From Raillietiella orientalis (lineage: Eukaryota), in assembly GCA_036172245.1 (NCBI GenBank), contig JAYWIR010000017.1:124001-188000 (forward strand): a stretch of 64,000 nt of DNA, in the 5' to 3' direction. Numbering within the stretch: the stretch's first letter is position 1; every line of letters starts with the position of its first letter. Shown here one piece after another: positions 40,860 to 53,799 of this stretch. The notes under the pieces are model-generated. The model saw nothing but the letters and a program-made list of their open reading frames with translations. It had not been told where the DNA came from and did no database searches. The translations under genes and the position numbers were made by a program.

Positions 40860-41450
40860 CATCCAAGAGGGAGGAGAAGAAACAAAAGCAAAAATAAATT
40901 AAAAAAAAAACAAATAAAAATAAATACGAAAAAAAATGGTTGGATTCGAGGAGGGGACTTCGTTCTTCTGGAGGCCGTCCTCTCCGTCCTTCCTGAGAAG
41001 CTCCTTCCGCATGCTTCCCACGTGGGACCATCTTGTCGCCACCCTCGCTAGGCGGATGCAAGTAGGACGGTGCCTATCGGCTTCGCTCCAGGCCGCTTCC
41101 ACAATCCCGCGGATGCAGCAAGCAGCCGCTCAGGAGACGGCTGCTTGTTGCATCAGGAGACGACTGATCGGACGAAGAGGTTGCCAACTGGGAGGTGCGG
41201 AGGGTCGGGGTGAAACGTTCTCTCACAGGGGCCGGAGAGCAAAGCAGTCCACAAGCAGGTGCAGGAGTGATTGTTTCCCTCTGCACCTGCAACGATCTCG
41301 GTCCAGTGATGCCGGCGTGCGTTGCACGGGAGGCTCCAGTGCAACAACAAACGCGACGGCTTTTGTCTTGCCTAGGGGAATCGGGAAGCAGGATGCTCTC
41401 AGGAAATGATGGGGATGGCGTCCTTAGCGCTCTAAGGTGCCTCGGAAGTC
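40860..41450 (-). mobile_element. 5'-truncated, diverged 3' fragment of the LINE family
   Basis: WSLPCNARRHHWT matches the 6840-7560 copy. Nucleotide similarity to the ORF2 end is followed by the T-rich UTR tract (A-rich on + at 40878-40936). Confidence 0.75.
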
Positions 41451-41479
41451 CGCGCTCTCTGCTCTCCGAGTGCACGAGG

Positions 41480-43430
41480 GACTCCTAACCGCCGATGATC
41501 GAACTCACTCTCGAGTGACCTCGAAGAGCGCGATCGGAAAACACGAAGAGTTCGTTGTTGCAAGATCATCAGCTCCGGGAGACGAAAGCAAGGTTTCCGG
41601 AAACACGTTCCTGCCTTCCGTCGGTCTGGAATGTGTTGCATCGCTCCAGCATCATCAGATCATTTCGGGGCACTTCCGGATGACTTTGCCTTCTTCCTGC
41701 GTGTGCCGCGCGCAGCTTCGAGTGGGGATTCGTGTCGGTCCGCAGATAGGCAGGAACTCTTCTTACGGTGAGTGTTGAATCGACATCCCTCCGGCTTCGG
41801 AGGGTGTCTGCACGCAGCGCGGTAAGGCGGATAAAAGTAGGAAGCTGCGAACAGCTCTTCCTGCTTGATGGAATTTCCCAAACCCTGATGGGAATGATGA
41901 GACTACTCATTTGGTTTCTTTTTTAACGTTTTTTTTAACCCTCCTTTTTGAGACGATTCACATTGCACCCCAGTAAGATTTGGGATACTGAAAAAGATTG
42001 CCCTCTGAAGATCTACCTCTTCTTTTCGGCGGGATTCCTCAGGTTTCAACCATGCGCCTCTAAGAAACTTTTTCCGGAAAGAGCAGATTTTTTTGTCGCC
42101 TTTGGATTAAGGTTGAGATTTCCGAATTCTTTCCTACCTCGTCTTCCTTTGCAAAGGTCTTCCTCGACGTTTGCGATTGCGTCAGGGTTTCCTTCCCTCT
42201 TTTTTTAAAAAGATTGCTCCAAACGCTGAATTCTCGCCTCCACCTATTCCACCCACATTTGAAGCAAATAGACTCCTGGAAAGGAAATGAGCGTTCCTCT
42301 TTGCATATGTCTTCCCCATTCCTTTTGGATGACAGCTGCAAAAGCAGGAGACGTGCCTGTGCTCTGAGCAGCATTGGCCAAATTCAAATGACAAAACGGT
42401 GGCGTCACTGATCACGGACTCCTGGATGCTGACGTCTCCCGTCCACCACCGACGAGACCTCGTCCTCAATTCGGGAAGGATCCTCGAACCAGCAAACATC
42501 GACGGAAGTCTTACGAGCAGTGCTACCAGAGCTACGGCCGGTTGGAGACTCATTGTGCGCAGGGTCCATCAAATGGGAAAATGAAGAATCTTCTTCCTGG
42601 TTTAAAGACAGACAGAGGAATGTAGGATGCGGCTTCCTTCCGTCTGCTATGCCACTCAGACTTTTAGGGTTGTCTGCAGCGATGACACCTCAGTTGCTGG
42701 CGAAGCCACATATCCAGAACGACCGACTGCGCTTTCAGGCCTCCCAGAATCACTTAGCTCTCCACAGTGGGAAGAAATCTGTTTCGGGCTCGTCACCACG
42801 GAAGTGGAATCCGAGGAAGCAGACCAGAACGACCAGCTTTCTCCGCTGATCAGCAGTCGAGTCTGCCCAAGAATGAATGCATCGAATCTTATGGTTGTGT
42901 AACCGGATCTGCATACTCCCGTTGACTAAGAAGAATTTCCGGTGAGACGACTTTCCTCTCTCAAAGAGTTTGTTGCTGTCTGCAGCTCCCTCCTCGCATT
43001 TTCCGTGCTTAGGCGGCTTCGAAGATAGCGGAACCTCCGACCTCAACTCCTAACGCATCTCGCGTTTTGGACCCGTCCGCATTCATCCGTGAAAACCCCA
43101 GTGCGAGAGCACGCGCTGAGAATGCTGCCGTTCCATCGGCGGAGGCACGCCCACGCCTGCTTCTGGTGGATCAGACGACCCTGCGAGTTTCGCTCCTCGT
43201 TGAATCCGCGCGTCCTAGGATCCCGGCTGGAGAGGATTCTGCTGCACCTCTCCTTGTCACAACGGAGTCCATCTCGTGTGAACTCGTCTCGGGAACTGCT
43301 AGCACTGCTCAAAGCTGCCACGTCGGACGCACCTGCAGCCGGCTGGCAGGCGACAGGACCCCGCAGCAGGCTCAGGGATCGAGCGCTGGTCTTCCGTGAA
43401 GGATACCGCCTGGTATACAAAGCAGAGCCG
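41480..43430 (+). pseudogene. EcKL/CHK-like kinase relic
   Basis: FLLDDSCK, HHRRDLVLNSGRI, LDPSAF and TPVREHAL..RRRHAHACF, in order. Confidence 0.35.
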
Positions 43431-43859
43431 GAATAGGGAAAAGAACAGCGGATGTTTTCCAGGAAACAAGTGACGTCCTCTTTAACTCGGAGCAGCTTGC
43501 CCTCCCTGAGCGGCGCAGCGTTCTCATCTCCTGTCGAGCAAGACCATATTTATCCCCCGCCCCTAAAGAGGTCCCCCGCGGGGACCCTAAAAGAAGGATT
43601 GCAGGAGGGAGAACTATCTGGACGGGACCCATCCTTCCATGAGAAACGCACCCTATGGGTTTGGGTCTTTTCTCTTCGTGAAGGCTCCAGGAGATGCATG
43701 TCTGCGCTCCAACGTTTCTGCTTTGCCAGTATCGACGGTTCTTGCATGAGACGTCTGTTGTCTCAGGCCGGGAAGATGACGCCTCAATTCTCAATTATTC
43801 TATTTTTTTGGTTCTTAAGGAGTACTGAAGAACGTTCGCCTCCTTAAAGGAGGGAGGAG

Positions 43860-44369
43860 GCAGGGGAGAGGTAAAGACAAGGCGCATAAAGTCGTAAACA
43901 CTGCCCACATGCCCCCCGAGGGTGCATGTAACTCTTCAAGTTACAGGGTAACTCCGGAGGGAGCACCCTATGGATCCAGGAAGACTCCAGAGGAAGGATT
44001 CCGTTCCCCTCACGCTTGGGATGGAAGTCCTTTTCTTCATTCTCTCCGGAGGGACGCCCCAGAGGAGGTCGCTCCTCTTTTCTTCTCCTAAGGGAACCCA
44101 GAAAGGATCCGCTTCTGAAATTTCTTCTCCGTAGGGAACCTGCAATGGAACTCTCCCTGTTCCCTCATTTGAAAGAAACCCTACAGGAACGCTTTTAAAT
44201 TTCTCTGAAGGGTCGCTCCCCGAAGGGAGCAGTGCACTTCACACTCTGGAGAGGAATCAACCAACTAGCTCCATGGTACGAGATGGAGAGAGCCCCCGAG
44301 GGGTGGGACGGCTACGTTTTCACATCCGAAAGAGGATCGAAACCGGCTCCCTGATTCCTGGAAGGAACC
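43860..44369 (-). mobile_element. SINE-like element copy B, body (separated from its head by the full-length LINE)
   Basis: Colinear reverse-complement similarity to 59400-59722 and 60420-60560 (shared AGCTCCATGGTACG, TCCAGGAAGACTCC, TCATTCTCTCCGGA). Confidence 0.75.
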
Positions 44370-47300
44370 CGGAGGGGCAACTTCCAATACCGACCCACCA
44401 ACGGGGGCATCCGGTTTCCAACTTCTCCCAGTGCCGCACCCGAAGCCACACGGACGTGTTTTTCGTTCGCTCCGCGACTGGTGTGTCGACTACTTTTTTA
44501 AAGTGTTTGGTGTGGATTCGGTGGTGGCCAAGGCAGCAATGGCTGACACCACCAACAACGAGGGCCAGGAGGAGATGCCCGAGCCTCACCCAGAGGCTAT
44601 GGAGGTGGGGGTGTCTGTCCCCACAGAATCATCCTTTGCGCCAGCAAGGGTTTGGAACGGCGTGGACGCGGCCCCGTCTCCTGAAGCCATGGCTGAACAA
44701 AAGACCTACATTGAGGAGGGCTATAACCTGGTCCTCCTCTATAAGGTAGGTCACTTATACAGTCCGGAGAGCTCGGTTGCCTTCTCGAAGGCGACGTACG
44801 CTCACGAGATCCCACAAGAGGTGCTTCTTGAGATGACCGTCCGGAGCGGGGGTCATTACGTTGAGGTGGTCTGCAAGCAGGCAAACCTTGCCCAACGACT
44901 GCTGAGGACCCCGTTGCGATGGAGAACAAGAGACTCCTTCCGATCACGTAGACTGCTCGATGGTGGTCCACCTTCTTGGGATAACGATGAGGATGACCAA
45001 GGAGACCGTCCGTGGCGAACTCGTCAAATATGGCACGTTCCACGCGCTGTCGGCGAAGCCCCCTCCATTCGTGAAGCATAGCAGGCTTCCTGTGGTCTCG
45101 CGGCTGCGCGGGTCTCCGAATGCAAGGGCTGAGTTGCCCCACAAAATACAGGTCACCGAAGAACCGGTGGACCTGTGGTATGTGGGGAAACTCAAGTACT
45201 GCGGCCATTGCAAGCGGCCTCTCGGGCCACCTGAGGTGCCCGAGTGTACAATGCCAGGAGTCAGGCAGCATGGGGCACGCCGTACTTGTGTGCCCAAAAA
45301 GCACTGTCCACGTCGCATTTGCCAAAAATGGCAAAAAACTATCGGCTTTAAAAATAAAAAAGCTGGAAGTGAAAGCCGCCGCGAAGAACGCTATTACTGC
45401 ACCCCAGACTGAGGCCGCCTCGGAAACCCTGGAGAAAAATGCTGGAGCCACCAAGGAAAACAGTCAGGAGCCTGGATGGCAGATATTTGAATCCAAAACA
45501 CCGAAGAAGCAAGAGAGGAAAGAAAATAATATCGCAAAGAGCAGCGAGAATCCGCTGCGTCGCAAAAAACAAAGAGCTGCCGTGTGGTTGTAGAACGCGT
45601 TCCCACGATCGACCAGCGCGGCGCTGCTGCACTCGTCGTTGCCATGCCATTCCTCGAGAAAGTTAACGAGGAGGGGAGCGAGGCTGCAGCGTTCGTCGGA
45701 AACAAAGTCGCTTTCCAGAGAGAGGAGAAGAGCTTGCTGCCACGCTGCAGCGACCCTCCAAGGCCGTGAAAAACACCCTGAGGCTCCCGACCTCTACGAA
45801 GGGGTCCGAGATCTCAAGCTCCGAGGCGGAAGCCGGAAAGACACCTTCCATCAACGCAGCACCTCTCCGAAAGACCGGACTCAGGTCGAAGAGTCCACGG
45901 AGGACCGCCTCCCCCGTCAAAGGGGAAGAGCTCGCCTCCGCCAGCGAGAGTGCGATGAACGTCGGGACTCGTCGCGTGAGAGGGTACCACACTCCGACGC
46001 GGAGGGAATGGAGGGGGTGGAGGCCGTCCAGGTTCCCGAGCTACCTCAGGTGTCTCAGGTGGACGTCGTCCACGAAAGGGTCCCACCCGCTGAGGAGGAA
46101 GCTGCAACATCACCTTCCCAGCCTTAATGCCGGGAATCGCCTGTTGCCGTCGTCTGCGGATTGCCTGTTGGAATGTCAACGGGCTAAACGACGACGCCAA
46201 GAGACGAGACGTGGCCGCCATCCTGGCATCCTTCGACCTGGTGCTGCTGCAGGAGATTCACTTGATCTACGCAGATCAAGAAACGGGATACCGAATGGAT
46301 CTCGGGTGGACGGCTGCTGTGGCGTTGCGGCACGGTCAAATCTTGTGATGTTTCCTTCCTGCTTCGGCCAGCAGTCGAAGCCACGGCAAAGGGCGCACTG
46401 TTGGATAGTGCCCGTCATATCGGTCAGCTGACCCTCAGGTGGTCCGACTCTATCGATCTGGTCATCACCAGCCTGTACGCCCGTAGCGGCAGCGACGCGT
46501 TAAAGACGAAGGCAAGAAGAGAGTTCTTCCTTTCCCTGAGGCGCGAATATCTGACCGAAGCGGGAGTGCTCAAAGCGCACCTGATCGCAGGTGACTTTAA
46601 CCTGCGCATGCTGTCAGGAGCGCCGGAAACACTTCGCGATCGTGTCAACGAGTTGTGCGCAGAGATGCACACGTGCAACTTGTTGGCCGGAGATCCGGAA
46701 ATGACCAACAGCATCGATCACGTGTTTCTTGACCAGAACTTATGCTCACGCGTGAGCAGGCGCGGCAAGTTACCGTCGGAGATGTCGGACCATGACTGGA
46801 TTGTGCTCGAGGTGCGCCCACGAGACAGGGGTCCCCCGTCTAATGCGTGGCTTTTGCCAGGGGACTGGCTGAACCTGTCGGAAGCCGCGAAACACCGCGG
46901 ATTCATACGGAGATACAGCTTGCATACGCTCAAGGACTGGGATCGCTTCAAGCGCTCGGTCGAGAGTTCTGCCAGTAGTTCCCTCTGGACCACCTACCTG
47001 CGGACTTTGGAAAAGGTCTTCGTAACGAGCAGGCTCACCTGTGTGCCCGCCGTTACAGCAGAACACCCAACATCCGGAAGCTGGAGGAATTCAAAGCGGG
47101 AGCCGAGAGGCACGCCTGGCAATCCGGGTCGGCCAGCTTGCTGGACGACGAGGGACGGGAGCACTTGGCTCTCGCACAGGTAAGAGGCATAGTCCACATG
47201 TTCTTCTCCCTGTATGCGAGAGCTTCTCCCGAGAGGGATTTCGCAAGATTTCTGTTCCTAAAAGGTGCTCCAGAGATCGGAGAGAAGTGCAGGAAAAGCC

Positions 47301-49600
47301 TCGACGAGCCTTTCTCGGCCGATGAGATCATTACCTCGATCAGGAAGTCCAAGAGACGAAAGGCTCCAGGGGAGGACGGCCTGCTTGAGGAGTTCTTCCA
47401 ATGCTTCGCGACAGAGCTGACTCTCCTGGTACAGCAACTGACCTTGCCGATACCCGAGACAGGCGACGTTCCCGCCTTGTTTCACCCAGCTAGCGTGCGG
47501 TTCCTCTTCAAAGGAGACCTAAGGAGCATAAGCAACTGGCAGCCGATTACCGTGGCAAACGCGGATGCCAAGCTGCTAGCGAAACTGTGGACCGAGAGGC
47601 TAGGGCAGCTGGCAAAATCGTCATTAGCCAGGAGCAGTCGTATGCTGCTTCCTAGAGGAGCATGGACGCCAACCATCTCTGTTCTAGCACCTGTTCGTGC
47701 TTCAAAAGGAAATGGAGATGATGGGCACCCGGAATTCCGGAGTGTCTGTCGGCCAGGGGCAGGAAGATCGGGCAGGAGTGGGAGCCCTTGCGGTTGCAGT
47801 CGACCTGCACAAGGCATTTGACTGGGTCGACCAGAAGCTCCTTCTGGAGCTGCTGGAACGCTTGGGCTTTCCGGCTGCATTGTCATCCTATCTGCGCTCC
47901 AGCTGGCGCCAAGCGCTCATAAACATCTCTTTCAGCAGCCAGACGGTGCACGGCGTGCCGGTGCGACGCGGTATAAGCAGGGTGACAGTCTGAGTCCCCT
48001 GCTCTTTAGCATCTATTTCGAACTGGTACTGAGAGCATACAGGGAGACTCTGGCTCTTCACCTGCGCGTATGTCCTGGCATGCCTGCCATCTCAGCATTA
48101 GCGGACGATCTTCTGCTGCTGCTTCCCATATCCATCTCGGCATGCGCACTCGATGGTTTCTTCGAGCTGCTCAGCCGTGGGACGGGCCTGCTGGTGAACA
48201 GGGCGAAGTCGTACGTAGTTCCTGTTGGTGCGGTGTGGTCAGGGTGGCCGGACGAGATCTGCCTGCGGATCCCCACGAGCCGATGCTTAAAGTACCTGGG
48301 CGTTCCATTGGGGGGCTTTTGCTTCTCAGAAGCCTGATCTGTCCGTCTTCAGAAAGTACTACAGGCGCTTAACCCGTTCCAAAGAGGCAGATTTTATCTG
48401 CTGGAACGGGTTTGTGTCGAACGCGTTTGTGGTCTCCCTCCTCTGTCCCTTGCTTTTTGTTTGCCCCGTACCCCGCGAGATAAAGAAGAGAACCAAGGAC
48501 CTCCTGCGCATCTCCCTGTGGGGCAGCGGGAGGCCTCGTGTGCCTCTGCAGGACTTGTGCGCCCCACATCGGGATGGCGACCTCGGCCTCCTGACGCTGG
48601 AGCGGATGAAAATTCAGCTGCGATGGCGAACTTTGACCATCGCAGCGAAGTACTGGAACGCACCAATGCAGCCGCATTGGTGCGTTCCACCCACCTCCTC
48701 GCCAGATGTGTATCCAGAGCGGGAGGGCTCTCTTTTCTTCTGTGCCCCGGCCGGAAAATAAGATGCGACCTTCTCCTCGGACGCAAGGCGACCCTGGCCA
48801 AGGAGAACGGCTGGATGGCCTGCAGCTCCGCCAACTCCAGCTCATGGTTGGAAGAAACAGTTGGCACGTGGGTGAAGTTAAACCAGTCAAGTGGTGAACC
48901 CTGGAACCGCCTGCGACCCGGCATCTATATCCGCTGCACGCTGCGGAACATGCTAGAGTGTCCCGCCAGAAGCACGGGAGCGGAGACGGAGGCGTGTGGA
49001 TGCAAACTGTGCAAAGTGCGGGAGCGGGAATCCCTGCCACACCTCCTAGTTAACTGTGCTGCCCTCTGGCCCCTTTGGGAACGCTTTGCCACGACCCTTG
49101 GAGTCCCCGGCGGCAACTCTGGAGACGGTTTAAAGAGCTTCTTCCAGCGCGATGCCCTCAAACCGACCGACCGCATCCTGAGCAGCACTTTCCTGCCTAC
49201 GCAGGATCGTGGCTGCATGGAGCAGCGCCAGAGGAGTCCAGAACGATAGGGACGCCATCTATTTTGCTGTCCTCTTCATGAGGATAGCGTCAAGATGGCC
49301 CCATCTGGGAGTTTTGAAACAGGAATTTGCCGGCATTCATACAAGGATGCAGAGGACACCCCCAGCACACAGGGATCCCTTCCTGAACTCCCCCATTTTT
49401 TTGACTGTATATTTTTTGTTTAATTTTTTTCTTTTTATTTGTCTCCCCTTTCCCTGTGCTGCTGAGGTGAACCCCGTTGGCCTGCGTGCCAGTTCCCGGA
49501 AGGTTCCTTCTCGTAGTTATAAGTAACGTGGCAGGATCAAACGTCTTGCCACAGAAGTGTATGTTTATTTTAGAAAGAAATGCCCGCGTGACCGGATATC
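44370..49600 (+). mobile_element. Near full-length, inactivated non-LTR retrotransposon of the L1/Tx1 group (ORF1 + APE-RT ORF2)
   Basis: ORF1 from ATG 44539 carries frameshifted zinc knuckles (YCGHCK / SGHLRCPSVQCQESGSMGHAVLVCPK). ORF2 from ~46127 has APE motifs (IACWNVNGL, LLQEIH, AGDFN, IDHVF, SDH), RT motifs (KAPGEDG, NWQPIT, DLHKAFD, QGDSLSPLLF, LADD at 48098-48109, KYLGVP) and a C-terminal CxxC..ESLPHLLVNC zinc finger. Many frameshifts and stops. Confidence 0.93.
48654..48689. repeat. Perfect 16-bp inverted repeat, 4-nt loop, inside LINE ORF2
   Basis: TGGAACGCACCAATGC-AGCC-GCATTGGTGCGTTCCA. Confidence 0.97.
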
Positions 49601-49604
49601 AACC

Positions 49605-49767
49605 AGTGCCGCATCTGAATAGGCCAACTAGCGTCATCCTGCAGAGATAACTCGAAGCCCATGACGCAGTCCCCGTTCTTGGCGTGTATCCCTCCCTGGT
49701 GGGATGCGAACCCACAACGCCTGGTACCACACGCGGAGACCACAGCCACAAGGCCGCCAATACAGCG
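49605..49767 (-). mobile_element. SINE-like element copy B, tRNA-related head
   Basis: Reverse complement TGGCGGCCTTGTGGCTGTGGTCTCCGCGTGTGG..GGGTTCGCATCCC..CTGCAGGATGACGCT aligns with 59229-59375. Confidence 0.75.
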
Positions 49768-49799
49768 CATGGTTTGGGCCCGCACGCATCATCCTTCAG

Positions 49800-51480
49800 T
49801 GTGCGTCAGCAGCAAAGGACTTTTATCGTTGTTGTTGTGCTACCTATACAGGTTGCAGGATTTGGCTCCCAGCTGAGGTCGTCTGCCTCCCCCTTGGAAG
49901 CCTACCTTTGGATCTCCTGCCGACCACGCAATTCGGAGGTAGGCAGGAGGCGTCTGTGACCTGAGCTTCCACACTGGCGAGGAGCCCGGAAATACTTCAT
50001 CTCCTGCGCTCTCTCCACAGTCTTCCTCTGGGAGATATTCTGCAGGTCTCGACAGAGTCTGACAGTTCGGCTGCCTCACCTTCTACCGCAGCTCTTTCTG
50101 CCTTACGGTCAAAGAGCATCAGTTGCCTACCGGGGGGGTGGGGCTTATTCTTCATAAATGCAGGAGTGACCAGAACCTTGAGCGGTCGGAAGGAGTGTGA
50201 GCTGGTGAATGCCACCACTCCGCGTCATCGGGAGAAGTGACTCTTCCGTGGATCGAGTTGCTGGTTGTGACCCCTGAAGAACTCTCTGTCCCTGTTCACG
50301 CACAGGGGTGTGAGTCAGCACTCCCCTGTTCCCTGAAGTGGAAAGGGGATGTTTTGTGGTTTCTGCGCTGGGGTCTTCAGTGCAACCAGCGAGGGCACTG
50401 GTTTCCAGGTAATTGTGCATCCCTGGATGGTTTCAGGCGGATGCGATCTCTCGCTGGATTGTAATGCCCTCGAGAAACTTTGGCGGAGGCTGGCTTCAGC
50501 ACTCCTGCACCTGGGAAACGCTGCTAAGGACTTCCAGGTGCCGCGATGGAGACGACGTGCTGCACCCTCGCTATCGTCGCTGCCCGCTGTTCGTTGGACT
50601 TTCGGGCACAGCAAAAGGAAGGTTACCTGTGCGGCAGGAAGACGGCGTCTGGGCGGCCTCACCTAGGAGAAGAAATCAGGTCGGAGATCTCCGGCAATTC
50701 TGAGCCGTTACTAAGCAGAAAAAGGCGACTCAAATCACAGACATCCGTCCCAAACCTTCCCTTGTTTCTTTGTTTATTGCTTCCTCCCTTTCCGCTTCGG
50801 ACTGCTCCAGCAAAGGACCTGCGTGTAGGTAAACTCTCCCTTCGAAATTCTTTGTTGTTGTTGCTGTTGTTTCGGGAATGGTGCTCCCGAGTTGTGTGCT
50901 TATTTTTATATGGGAAACACCCCGGCGTCACCGAGCGATCAGATCCTGCAGAGAGGGAGCGATTCCTCGCGTCACTTCCGGGAAGCTGGCGGTGTGGCAT
51001 CCTCTTGGCTCTTCAGCGGGACGCACGCAAGTGATGAAGAATGCTGGATCGCCAAACCTCTCTCCTTTCCTCTTTCATCCATTCTGCGCTTTCCATGTCG
51101 CCATGGTAGGAGTAACCAGAGGGATACCCTCTCAGACTGCAGAGATGCGGTCGTACATAGCCCACGGCCCAAGATCTCCTGTAAGATGGACCACCTTCCT
51201 TTGAAAGGGGCGACTGGAGAGCTCGGAATCGAAATCGAGAGCGTCCCTGTGGACAAGGGGAACATGAGATCCCTGATCACGTTAAGTGGGAGCGACGGTT
51301 GGGTTCCTTTCCTTCAGGAATGTGGGACTCAGCCGTATTCTTCTCCACAAGATGCTCAGCAAGAGGAAGCGAAGGGGCCTACCTCTTTTAGACGGAGAAA
51401 CCACTTCAGAGGCCTTGTCTTTCTCGGTAGAAAGCGACAGCGAGTACTCACTTCCAGAGACGACGCTCGCCACCGTCACG
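49800..51480 (+). pseudogene. EcKL/CHK-like kinase relic
   Basis: ALEKLWRRLASAL (~50466; LEKLAKFHAASA-like) and QVMKNAGSPNLSPFLF (~51028-51075). Confidence 0.42.
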
Positions 51481-51749
51481 TTGTCTAGGAAACATTTCAA
51501 CGAGGTCAGGAAGACAAAAACAAAATTCAGCAGAAGAGTAGAATGCTCAAATCACCCGGTAAAAGAAACAGGAGGAATGTTTTCCAGAAAGAACCTCCTT
51601 TTGTGCGCACTGGGTGCAGCGGCGGCGGTGGTCGCCAGGCAACACAGGAAGCAGATGAGTCTGAGCATGCGCGCTTTCCTTTTTTTTCCTTTTTTTTTCC
51701 CCTTCTTTTTTCCCAAGGTTTCAGAGGCGGTTGAACGCGTGTGGGGTGG

Positions 51750-53700
51750 CAAGGGAGAACGGAGTCCCACTCCTGAGGACGCCTCTGAAACCAGTGCGCT
51801 GGAGGAAACGGTGCAGATGCCTCCACACCACCACCTCCTACCCCAACGCGCAAACCTGGAACATTCTGGCCGGCCCTCAGCCATTGGCCGTGGTCGTCTG
51901 TGTGGATGCTGTACACTCCCCGTTCGGCGACGCGCGTTGCCTTTCTTTTCTTCTTCAGGAATCCGCTACATGAACGAAAATGAGAAAGTAGTGGGCGCTC
52001 CGGCGCACCGAGCCGCTGCAACGCCTGGGGGCTGATGTTCCCATTTGACAATGGACGAAATTTTTCTTGTCTTTCTTCTCGGGAAACGGAGGTAAAGATC
52101 TTCACGATAGCCATCTCAACTTACCGGAGTGCACCTCCATCTCCCACAATGCTGGGACTCTCCACGGTCTTCCGATGGGAGCAGCGAGTGCAGATGCAGA
52201 GTCGCAGGCAGTTCCACTGCTCTGAGCTGGGCTCATTTCAGTACGTCCAAATATCAGCTGCTTCTTCTTGCCATGCACTAGAGCTGTCGAGGCTGCAGCT
52301 TTTCTATGGTGTCCATCTGCCCGAGGAAGAGTCCACACTTCCTCACCTTCCTCCCGGAGCACGAAAGATGAGATGCGAGTCCTTCAATTCCAGCAACTCG
52401 GCTGGCAAGGAGGCGTGCGAAAAAGCACCAGGAGGTTCTCTGGTGCCTCGCAGCGGATGGCTGTTTTTCTCCATTGCAGCTGGATCTCCAAACATACCGG
52501 CGTTAGGGGGGTACGGCCGCCGTCCCCGATGCAGAGCACGCAAGTGCTTCAGCTGAACTCGGGACCTTCGTTTACTCCACAGGGCAATTCTCAGATGATC
52601 GTTCGTCCGCTTGTTTGCCACTCTGGGGACAAACCGAAATGATGCTAGGATAGCGGTTTACAAGGGTGAAAACGTGCTTACGGATGCTGGAAGCAGGGGG
52701 AGAACCTAATGGTGGAAGCGTCGACTGCGCCCTTCTCGCTGCAGCTGCAGGTTAACCAGCGTCATCCTGCTGGGAGAACTCGAAACTCACTACGCACCCT
52801 CTGTTTTCAGCATTGATCCTTCCCCGGGTGGGATTCTGGGGCCCACGACTCTTGGTGCCTCGCGAGGAGACCGCAGCCACGTGCACACCAACGCGGGCCA
52901 ATATCGGGCGTGATGTACGGCAGCACACCCTCAGCAGACCAGGGAGGCGAATCTGCTTACAGAGCGGACCGCGAGCGTGTTCCTTCCTTCCGCGAGTCCT
53001 TGAGCACCTCTGGAGCTTCCACACTTAGGCGGCACCCTTCTCTCCGCTCCCCTCGCGGCCGCATCCCAACTGGACCGTTCCTCGTGTGTTTTCTGATTTG
53101 GTCCAACTCTACAGCGTCCCTTCAAAAGTTCCTCGAGGTTCTTTAGAAGTTCTCTGTTGCTCTGCGCCCATCGCTGAGTCCACTCGTCGATGGTTGCAGC
53201 GATCGATTGCTTTCTTGCAACACCAGGTGAAGCCACGAGATGCTTCGCATCGAATTGGCCTGACTTCACGATCAAGTGGAAGAACTTTGCTTTTCTCTGG
53301 TCGATGGACGAGAGTTACTTCGCTTCTCCTTGAGTGGCGAATCGGTAGAACTTTGATTTTCAGTGTGCTGCTTACTGGACGCGGTTGGTAAGCATGGAAG
53401 ATGCGGGACTCTCTTTCGCCTTCGGCCTCGTTTATCGAGGATCACATCGTGGTTTTCTTTCTCAACATTTCGCGGGCGTGCGACACTCCACTTCAGCGTC
53501 GTCCGCGTTGATCCCGTCAGGTATCTCGCAACAGGAATCTGAACCTCTCAACTCTCCCGGGAACGTGAGTCTGAGAAACTGCCCATCGCCTTGGAGACCG
53601 AAGGGTGCGGGCTGCCACGCAACGCGTGAGCGTCCCAGCGAGGGTCAGCCAAGAAGGAAGCTAGAGGGATGGATTGCATCCGACCAGAACGAAGACCCCT
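51750..53700 (+). pseudogene. EcKL/CHK-like kinase relic, near full domain, interrupted by SINE copy C
   Basis: RETEVKIF (~52080); CACGAGATGCT at 53234 is HGDA lacking one G; FDFQCAAY with an exact DFQ at 53355-53363. Confidence 0.6.
52745..52900 (-). mobile_element. SINE-like element copy C (head only, degenerate B box)
   Basis: Reverse complement GTGGCTGCGGTCTCC..GAATCCCACC..TTTCGAG..GCAGGATGACGCTGG matches copies A and B. Confidence 0.7.
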
Positions 53701-53799
53701 CGAGTTCCGGCTGACTCTGCGCTTGGTACTACCAGCGGTAGTCCTGGGGTAACCGCCTTTTTCCTCCTCCTTTCGTCTTGAAAGTCCTGCCGCGAGGCC

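Noticed and set aside
50450..50510. LDCNALEKLWRRL as a LINE zinc-finger fragment
   Set aside because: Lacks CxxC..ESxxHL and the UTR; fits the kinase LEKLAKFHA helix given the downstream GSP motif.
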